From: Sphaeroforma arctica JP610
Lineage: Eukaryota
Assembly: GCF_001186125.1 (NCBI RefSeq)
Contig: NW_014040529.1
Span: 52,326-98,811, forward strand
Direction: 5' to 3'
DNA length: 46,486 nucleotides
Part shown: in pieces, positions 37,901-46,486 of the stretch
Numbering within the stretch: the stretch's first letter is position 1
Layout of the letters: the number at the start of each line of letters is the position of its first letter
The notes under the pieces: model-generated
What the model was told of the DNA's origin: nothing
What the model saw: only the letters and a program-made list of their open reading frames with translations
The model's database searches: none
Position numbers and translations under genes: made by a program

Positions 37901-39914
37901 AAACAGTTTCTAAGTTTCTGCAAACGGTTACAAGTGTGACATGCATACAAATACCTGGCGGACGGTGGCTTCTTCGCGGTATCGCTCAGGATATACATAC
38001 ACCACAGAGAGGGTCAGCTTGTTCTTTTGAGCCAATTCTTCTGCGTAGAGCAGCGCCCAATTGTCGTTAACGCGCACATCCCTCTATATGATGAAGTTTT
38101 ATTTGAAAACAAGTGTTTATAGATGACGATATACATGGACAGAGTAGCACTATATCGAACTTCGACTTTTCAATTAGCTTCCGAACTTGATCTTGCATAA
38201 AGAACACCTTAAATGTAGTAAATAGACTAAAGTTTTCACTCGTGCACATGCCAATGAGCACATAAATGAAGACTACACAACACTAAACACGCCCAGGCCG
38301 TCTCAACATCCATTTGCAATATAGGGACAGTCGTGATTGTTCCAATATTGAAATTAGTCTTCGGTAGTATTCGCTGAAGTCCCCCAACTTTGTATGAAGC
38401 CGTTCACATAACACATTCCATCTTTTCTAATCACAAATCAAGGCACGGAAAGAACATGCATATACATAGAAAAAATATACTACCTGCCGACTGGCGACTA
38501 TAATCTATACGCTCGCCGCTAATCACGCTAGATTACCCATACTGACTAATTTCATCCGTACTCCTCACCGGTATACGCATACATACTATCGAGATCCCAT
38601 CAAATTCATACATCAGATAAACTATATCAAATTGATGTTGCCTCAATATCACAGGCGTGTGTTTGATTCAGCAGGTCAAATACCTCCATCCAGTATATAA
38701 CAGTCTTGTGCCCTTCCTCCACCTCGACTATTTTACCAATGTTCTGTTTCCCATTTAGTCGCCGAACTCGTGCTGAATTGACCTGTGAGTATGAGCGGAT
38801 GGATTTAGTATGAGCGGATGGATTTGTTATGACTAGTGACACCGTTCGCCTATTTTGCTGTCAGCAATACATTTAAAGCGAGCAAATTTAAAGTGCCCCA
38901 AGGTATCATTTGCTCTCAGTATGATTCCACAGTGAACGATAGAATTACACACCAAGCACAGAGATCCTCCCTTGATTCGCTTGAAGGTGCTGTATATACA
39001 CTCTGCTGGAAACTTGGTGTGCGCACAAAACTGCAACATACTGGGTAGAGCTACAAACCGATTTTTAATCATTATTCACACGTGACAGTCTGGAGCTACA
39101 AGATGCCTCCGGAGAAACGAATGCATACATGGATACGCATATAAAGTTGTATATGTATGCACAGGCTCCAGATAACATTTACATTCGTTGTCGTCCTCAG
39201 CAAGTCATTAGGTATTACAATGTTTATACTATATGTTTATAACGACTTGTTCCATTTACGTCCTCAAAGCTCGTGATAATAACTAAATTCTATCGTCCAT
39301 ACAGGCATAAACACGGATTTCTTCCCAAAATACACCAGTATTCCAATGAGATACGTTACATATGTTCGAATAGATGTATACGCGTACAAATTCACAGCAA
39401 CTACCAACAACGAATGAGCACGCACTCGTACACATCACACCTGTTGACTGGGAGCAAAAGAGACAATGTTTAGTGTATCTGATTTCGCTTAGTAATGATT
39501 GCAAGCCGTATCGATCATTTCTTAAGTTTTAAATTCTACTTACAACCTATTCGTCAATTGAGTATGGCATAGCCTACGCTAGTTAATGTCCTAAGCTAAC
39601 TTAATTCTGACGCGCTGGCGTTGAACATAACAGAGATGAGCCCACTTACAGTGCACTCTAACGCTAGCATATGCACCGATGTTAAAACTGAGCCTAAGCG
39701 TTATCAACCCTAGCATCAATGCGATTTATCAATATGAGCCTAATATATACTGTTCTTGAAACAAGTCGACAAATCGAGAGAAACTGTGCTCAACGATTAA
39801 ACCTTTGTTCATCGACCTTACCTTCTCCTCAACGGTGCGTTTTACTGATTTGAGTTTCTTTACTTCTCGAACATCTTCAACAGAATCTCTGCCCGACCTG
39901 GCACGCTTTCCCAT
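31935..39914 (-). CDS. phr: Class II CPD (deoxyribodipyrimidine) photolyase, 512 aa, 13 exons
   Basis: Exons 39914-39822, 38782-38684, 38083-37955, 37745-37638, 36821-36681, 35278-35177, 34796-34716, 34099-33984, 33657-33584, 33360-33198, 32828-32743, 32563-32422, 32139-31935 total 1539 nt. Motifs: [114 protein letters not shown]. Confidence 0.95.
35995..36720. repeat. Tandem repeat array (about 100-145-bp units) in photolyase intron 5, derived from the exon 5 end and donor site
   Basis: Copies of catacccacacggggacgacgttgtgggcatccacttccatg occur near 36000, 36145, 36290 and 36530, separated by repeated tctctcgcgcatgccacaaactttataactgaatcacatcga spacers. Confidence 0.85.
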
Positions 39915-40124
39915 GGTGCTGTAAAATAGTTGCGAGCTACACACGTTCGATTGAAATTGTGGTAGACTATTTATTCCTAAAGCTCGAGCATAAAAGTCTA
40001 GATTGCTAACTTTTTGTTTATGTGCACTGCAGAACTGCCAGGGACACTTGGATTGCTTAACACTTTGACTTCTATAGGTATTGAATCGGGCTGGAAAGCG
40101 TGAGATGATAAAATTAAAGCGCAT

Positions 40125-41206
40125 ATGTCGGACTGAACACACGACGCGATAATATCAAGTATGATGATTGCAGTCCAACGTGATTATGTATGTAATACTG
40201 TAGTATGTGGAGGCGGATGTCAGAATGTGGCTACCTAAAGTAGTAGTAAAACTTTGAAGAAAAGCAAATTTAAAAGTTAAAAAAATACTGATTTTCACCG
40301 TACGCCAATCAAATATAAGCTTCTTATTGGATCGTAGCCGTTCGGCGGCGATGAAGATCAAATGATCCTAATGAGTCTTTTTTCTGGAAAATCAATCAAA
40401 TTTGGCCCGCGCAATTCTTGTTTACCAATTGAAACATCGCTGGTAGTACCACAAGACATGCCTTCGTCATGACTTGATATTTCTGATAATGATGATTTTC
40501 TGAACATAAGAAAAGGATGGTCTTTTGAAGGAGAAGAAGAATTGTGTTTTTACTTCCTATTAGTGTAGTAGAGAGTTGAGCGAGAAATTGGCTCGAGCAG
40601 ATGAAGGCTTAAAGTTGCGAGAAACAGTGAAAGATATATTCACTAAGTTGTTGCGTACAAAGGAGACAATCGTGTAGGCTGTAGGCTGTAGTTCTTACAT
40701 AGGTTGGTCAATCGCGTCCTTTTTTTATCACTATATAGGCTAGTGCTTACACAAAACATTGATTATGTTGACAAATAGAAGTGTGAATAGTTATAATAGA
40801 GAAGTTTTATTTACTTTAAACCGCATACAAGCCGGTATAAAAATAGAAATACCCGGCAGCAATCGGTATTTTTTTCGAAGCATTGCGTTCAGTAGTTCAC
40901 ATCCCATCATTTCGCCACTAGTCCCCACACGATCAAGAATTGAATTGGAACGAGCTCGGATAGACACATACCTATACGATCGTTTTACTGCTGCCTGTGG
41001 GCTGCTGACTTTAACAACCAGTTGAAAATAAGTGTACGGCTGATTTCGGCTGGCATAGCCTCAGATACTACTATATGTGCCATCCTACATCGCATTGACA
41101 TATTACACCCTATAATACAATAACACATACACACTCTAAATCACATTAGCATATAACACACTTGAATCACGCCAATCTATAACGCGCCCTAGTAGATAAA
41201 ATTAAA
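40125..41206. promoter_or_regulatory. Candidate bidirectional promoter region, photolyase (-) / NEIL3-like (+)
   Basis: Divergent start codons are about 1.1-1.3 kb apart with no credible gene between them. Confidence 0.45.
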
Positions 41207-42361
41207 ATGGTGGAAGGTCCTGGGGCAACCCGAAATGGTACAAAAGCACGGGCATTAGTGGGGTGGATAGAAAAGGAATATGGCACACTTGTAGAGGCGT
41301 TCTCGGTGGGAAAGGAAGTATATCTCGTATTTTCTCCACCTTCGGACCCAATAAAAGGCCCTCCGGTTCCAGGAAAGGCTCTGCGGTTGCACTTTGGAAT
41401 GAGTGGGACTATGTTGATCGGCAAGAAGCGGAATGAAGGGGTGCCAAAGTGGAAGGGAGCCCCGACCATTGTTCTTGAGTTTTCTAGCGTGAATTGTTTC
41501 AATAGCAAGAGCATACAATACATGGAGTGCTTTCAAGCAACATTCAGCAAAGTCACGCCATATGTGGCTCGTTCAAAGTATGAGCACTTTCGCGCATTGG
41601 ATGTATGTTCACCGCACTTCGACAGTGCGTGTGTGTATGACGCATTGCACAAGAGACCTGCAAGTATTCTTGCGGATGCCATTCTCGATCAGCTCTTATT
41701 CCCCGGTGTAGGAAATATAATTAAAATCGAAGCTCTACATGAAGCCAGACTCAACCCCAAACGGCTTGTCATGACGTGTACGAAGGAAGAACTGATGTGT
41801 TTGATACAGCATTGTCGAGACTATGCCTTGCTGTGGTTGAAACGTGGCCGTGCGCCTTATAAAAATGTGTACAACCAGACCATGTGTGTAACTTGTAAGC
41901 TACACACTGTGCAGATCCAGAAGATGGGCAGTGACCTGAGTCGGACCACCTTTTGGTGCACAAATTGCCAACCTATATCTGGTGACAAGCAAAGTGCTAC
42001 CATAGCAGAGACACAAGCCCCAGAACCATCGACCCAAGGAACCCCCCAAAATTCGCCATTGCCCACGCAACAGTCACAGTGCTCTCAACATGGCACGAGC
42101 AAACTCAAGCTCAAGCGTGTGCGTAAACCCAACGCCAACCAAGGACGACTATTTCTCACTTGCCAAGTGAAGTGCAAGCTCTTCGCGTGGGCGGATGAGC
42201 ATCTGCACCGCTGTTGTAAGAGTCCGTGTACGCTCAAGATGAGCAAGACTAGCAAGACCGGTGGCCAGTGGTTCCTGTGCTGCAAGGGCTGTCAGTATTT
42301 TGCCTGGGCGAAGGAGGTAGACTTGCAACCATTTGGACCGCGGTTAACCCCATTACTATGA
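41207..42361 (+). CDS. NEIL3: NEIL3-like (Fpg/Nei family, endonuclease VIII-like 3) DNA glycosylase with H2TH, zinc finger and two C-terminal GRF-type zinc fingers; intronless
   Basis: Starts MVEGPG (Val2 nucleophile typical of NEIL3), then GKEVYL, LRLHFGMSG, LDQLLFPGVGNIIKIEAL, CVTC...RTTFWCTNCQ, CSQH...VRKPNANQGRLFLTC...CKLFAWAD and a second GRF-like unit (GGQWFLCC..CQYFAWA). Confidence 0.9.
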   Translation: MVEGPGATRNGTKARALVGWIEKEYGTLVEAFSVGKEVYLVFSPPSDPIKGPPVPGKALRLHFGMSGTMLIGKKRNEGVPKWKGAPTIVLEFSSVNCFNSKSIQYMECFQATFSKVTPYVARSKYEHFRALDVCSPHFDSACVYDALHKRPASILADAILDQLLFPGVGNIIKIEALHEARLNPKRLVMTCTKEELMCLIQHCRDYALLWLKRGRAPYKNVYNQTMCVTCKLHTVQIQKMGSDLSRTTFWCTNCQPISGDKQSATIAETQAPEPSTQGTPQNSPLPTQQSQCSQHGTSKLKLKRVRKPNANQGRLFLTCQVKCKLFAWADEHLHRCCKSPCTLKMSKTSKTGGQWFLCCKGCQYFAWAKEVDLQPFGPRLTPLL

Positions 42362-42475
42362 GAAATAAACGTTTATATAGGTATACATTGGGCCCTTTTC
42401 CATAATTTTCATATATACTACTTTTGGCGATCACTGCCCGATCGTTTGTGCGTTGAGTGTGCTTCAACGATTCAT

Positions 42476-43000
42476 NNNNNNNNNNNNNNNNNNNNNNNNN
42501 NNNNNNNNNNNNNNNNNNNNNNNNNNNNNNNNNNNNNNNNNNNNNNNNNNNNNNNNNNNNNNNNNNNNNNNNNNNNNNNNNNNNNNNNNNNNNNNNNNNN
42601 NNNNNNNNNNNNNNNNNNNNNNNNNNNNNNNNNNNNNNNNNNNNNNNNNNNNNNNNNNNNNNNNNNNNNNNNNNNNNNNNNNNNNNNNNNNNNNNNNNNN
42701 NNNNNNNNNNNNNNNNNNNNNNNNNNNNNNNNNNNNNNNNNNNNNNNNNNNNNNNNNNNNNNNNNNNNNNNNNNNNNNNNNNNNNNNNNNNNNNNNNNNN
42801 NNNNNNNNNNNNNNNNNNNNNNNNNNNNNNNNNNNNNNNNNNNNNNNNNNNNNNNNNNNNNNNNNNNNNNNNNNNNNNNNNNNNNNNNNNNNNNNNNNNN
42901 NNNNNNNNNNNNNNNNNNNNNNNNNNNNNNNNNNNNNNNNNNNNNNNNNNNNNNNNNNNNNNNNNNNNNNNNNNNNNNNNNNNNNNNNNNNNNNNNNNNN
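42476..43000. other. Assembly gap (N run)
   Basis: Run of N. Confidence 0.99.
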
Positions 43001-43022
43001 NAATATATATATATAGAAGGTT

Positions 43023-43749
43023 ATGCACCCTTCGTGGTGGCCTAACAATTATCTGCCTTGCAACCAGCCTTGTCAGTGCTAGAAGCGCTGGCATCGACAT
43101 TTGGTCAACTCCTGATGACGGGAGCATCGAGGTCAAAGGTATTGGTCGAACCGTGTACAGGACTAAATACAAGCATGTGGTGAATGGGCACAACGACGTT
43201 ATAGTTAATGTAAAGGATTATGACCAGTAAACAACACTGGGTCGCTTTGAGAGGTAGCTGAAGGCATGTGCCACCACGAAGGGTGCACGAGCTTTGACTT
43301 GTTCGGAGATAAGATGAAACGCTACCTCTCGTACAAGGAAGTTTCGGGAGATGATGACAGAGAACTAAAGTCAGAAAGGAATGCCGTCCTTGAGTTATAT
43401 CCTTCTATATGAGCACCATCTACTGAATGATAAGGCATGGGTTCCGGGGAGTGGAAGTCGGTCAGTTGGTACCGGAGATGACCGTCTGCAGTATGATCAA
43501 AAGACAGGGTACGATGTACATGGACAGAATGACAAAACTGTTAACTTGGGGCATTTGAGTTGAAAAACGCTCGCCAAGCAATGGGAGTATTGTGCACAAA
43601 AATGCTACGAGCATGCCTGGTGCCAGAGCTGGGACCTGGTTGAGGACAAAGAAACGTGCTACCTATCTAAGAGAAAGGTCGAGTGGAACATGGATGGACT
43701 CAAGACCGATTCAGAGGCCATTTTAGAATTTTTCGAGGATCGAGATTAA
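43023..43749 (+). pseudogene. Pseudogene of a secreted protein with two PAN/Apple-like domains
   Basis: A hydrophobic signal-like segment (LTIICLATSLVSA) is out of frame with the ATG at 43023. Repeat 1 reads ...GHNDVIVNV..DQ*TTLGRFER*LKAC / frameshift / CTSFDL...RYLS. Repeat 2 reads GYDVHGQND...HLS*KTLAKQWEYCAQKCYEHAWCQSWDLVEDKETCYLSK. There are several stops and frameshifts. Confidence 0.7.
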
Positions 43750-44637
43750 GTTTTATCAATCACATACTGTACACAAAAAAAAAAATTTTAAATCAAATTG
43801 ACTTTCATGACGTTGATTTTTGTTAATATTCCGTATACATACTGATCACCACAGTGTTGTTGTATACACGGACCAGCAGGTCCAATAAAATAATAAAATC
43901 GACTGACTGAGATTGCAAACATCAAACAGTCGTATATGGCAACATGAAATGCGTCCCTTATGTAGGTGCGTGTAATAGTTTCGCTGGCAATTGCTCATAA
44001 AGGTAAATGTCTGAGAGTTAGTCGTACACAATCGTCACAGGTAAAACGCGTGAGATAGAACCGAGTGTACTTATTGACACGTTCACTCTAGAGCTTGTTT
44101 GAATCCGTCAGTCATCAAATGATCTAAATATATGGATATTTACTGAAATTACACCCCGTCCTATAGCTGGTGAAGCCCATCAAATGCTATATATATATAT
44201 ATATGGATATGTACTGAAATTACACCCCCATCATTATTTATCAGTAACATTGCTGGTGAAATCCATCAAGTGCTTATGTGATATATGGTTTGAGGCTCAA
44301 CACTGTGTCTTGTTCTTGTAATCAAGTAACCGTAATCATATTACAGATGTTTTGTAATTGGGCGATGAATTCCCAGCTACCTTAGCGCATATTCATCGCA
44401 GGAAGCGGTTTGCATATGACCCGTACTTTTTAGAAGAGGCAAGGACAAATCGAATCTCGTCTGTGATTAGAATCAACACCACAACATATCAACACTCTGT
44501 TGGTTAATCATAAGTTCATATACTGTCATGCTGTTCACTGCAAGCTGGTTGAGTACAAAACATACCGCTGCGGTTGCATGCATTAACAATTTCAATAAAT
44601 AGACATGTCGGATACTTGTAAACCAAGTTGCATGTAT

Positions 44638-45763
44638 TTATTGACCGTCGCGAGAGAAGTTCGGTGCATGTATGCTTGTACTATCGCTTACGCCCGCCAG
44701 AACTCGTAGTGTTTGATTCTCCGCGAGAAGTTGCTGAATAAGCCTGCAGTAGATTAGAGTGCACAAGAGGAGCAATCACTCGACTAGATTGTGATCAGTA
44801 TATCTTTACAGGCACACAACTCTCACATGCACCGCTCGTCAGTTGAAGAATCAAAGCAGTTTCACGATAAGGATGTTGGGGATGAAAGTCTAAAAATAGA
44901 ACTCACGATGAATGTCTAAGAATAGAACTCACGAGGAATGTCGGTCGAAACCGAAATAGATTTTCTCTTGGAACCGAGGGCGCTACTTGTCTATAACTGT
45001 TCCAGTACACCATTCTAGGCATCAAGCTGTTCCACCAACGCCAGCTACTGCATACACAGAATCCTTTTGATGGAGAAATAAAAACGCATATATAAAACCC
45101 AGCCACCAATTAAGGTAGCTAGCAGCCCAACGAATGCTGTGGATGTGGGTTCATATCCAAACATCAACACACCTGTCTTCGTCACTGGCCCGTGTTTCGT
45201 CGATGTGCATCGCAGTATACATGGCTGCCACCATGTCTTCTATTTTCCCGTGCAATTCTGTGTTGCGCAAGCGAAGAACTGAACTGATATCTCGCTCGTG
45301 ATCGACCATTGCCCGCAGCTCGAACAGCTCTTGCTTATATGTGTCCTCTAGGCGGCGGCTCTGGAAATATACACATTGGTGAGTCTATTATCAGGGTATG
45401 AATTCCCCTCATAATATATGTTGTACTCCTCATGTGTAGGAAAGACCGAAGAATGGCAATGGCGAGTAAGAGTTTCTTTGTTTTTGGGTATAGTGCTACA
45501 CGCCTCATGTACATGTGACGTATAGCGGAGTCACTTAAAATATACTAGTACACGTGGTGAGTAGTTTAACTGGTGAGATCATTGAATATGCACTCCGTGG
45601 TCAGCAAGCAGCGCACTTGTCCGAACAGACTGAGAATTGTATATTATGAGCTGCATGCACACCTGCTCTCGGTGCTTCCTCATTATAAGATCTGTTGTCA
45701 TCCGGAATCTCTCGATCAGATCTTCACTGTCTTCCGCTATAAGCTGCTCAACCTTTAATCTTT
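44638..45763 (-). CDS. SIKE/FGFR1OP2-family coiled-coil protein (STRIPAK component), last three exons; 5' exons not resolved
   Basis: Exons 45763-45663, 45360-45173, 44743-44638 join in frame: TTDLIMRKHREQ ... GKIEDMVAAMYTAMHIDE ... IQQLLAENQTLRVLAGVS. These match the family motifs LELIMSKYREQ, KITEMAAVMRKAIEIDE and QLExENxxLRELL. Confidence 0.72.
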
Positions 45764-46486
45764 CTGTTGGTGTGCAGTGTAGCCGAGAAACGAGTAGGAA
45801 ATATTCGTCACCAAATTGCCAGATTGAAAATTCCGCTGTAGAAGCTCACGCCTGGCCACTGATGAGGGCGATTGGAATACACATTTGAAGTGATATACCA
45901 CCCCCTTCACAGTATTAAGTGACATTGCTTAGCACAGAAGATGTGTGCAGCCGAAGAGGTGTCAACCCGCCGGCTACAGTGGCAACAATTGGCCACTAAT
46001 ACGTATGACATGTGTACGTCTAAATATGAGAGTTGGTCAACTGTACGCCTACCTCTGAGTTGCTGGCACTCTGCTGTGCATTGGCCGTGTGATGACGGTG
46101 CTTCGCCTAATGATTCTGCACTTGAATCCTCACCGCCCCTGTCTGTACACTGCTTACATCCAACAAGACGGAGATCGAAGGTCAGCGTACAGTAGTGACA
46201 CGGTCGAAATGAACATGCTTGAGAATGTTACGACAATATTTGTACTGTATAGTTGTACTGCAAAGTATACCGTACTATCGACTTCAGTAGAACATGCCAT
46301 AATACACTAGCGTAATATACGCACAAGGGTGCAACAACTGGTTTGCATGCCTCTTTCAAATCAGTGTAACAGAAAGAAGGAAGAAACTGTAGCAGAATAC
46401 GAATCAAAAGCTTCGTAATAACATAACTGCCAATCGGACCAGCCGAAAGGAAATCAATGTACACGGTAGCCATTTATCCTCGATAT

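Noticed and set aside
43561..43563. In-frame TGA in the PAN-like repeat as possible selenocysteine or readthrough
   Set aside because: It is not at a conserved Cys position, and the locus also has TAA/TAG stops and frameshifts, so pseudogenisation is the simpler explanation.
46089..46486. Possible upstream exons of the SIKE-like gene
   Set aside because: The gtaagc donor would create a stop at the junction, and the alternative donor gives no recognisable sequence; left unresolved.

Overview
Eukaryotic nuclear DNA from a draft scaffold: GT-AG introns, long (CA)/(TA) microsatellites and three N-gaps. The gene content and intron style suggest a unicellular opisthokont, possibly an ichthyosporean (inference only). 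Genes assembled by hand, in order: U1 snRNP C (+, first exon not found); MBF1/EDF1 (-); an intronless bacterial-type GlmU with a degenerate uridyltransferase domain and an intact acetyltransferase domain (+); an intronless 1509-aa SMG7/Est1-like NMD factor (+); an 8-exon uncharacterised 338-aa gene, only fragmentarily visible in the ORF track, whose N-terminal helix resembles bacterial Reb (R-body) proteins (-); a family-16 SAM methyltransferase (+); a 13-exon class II CPD photolyase (-) head-to-head with an intronless NEIL3-like glycosylase (+); a two-PAN/Apple-domain pseudogene (+); and the 3' part of a SIKE/FGFR1OP2-family gene (-). The best leads are the half-inactivated, probably horizontally acquired GlmU, the Reb-like segment in a spliced gene, the divergent DNA-repair pair with a possible mitochondrial photolyase isoform, and a 3'UTR splice donor plus PPGL motifs in the SMG7-like gene. 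All family calls come from recalled motifs, not database searches.
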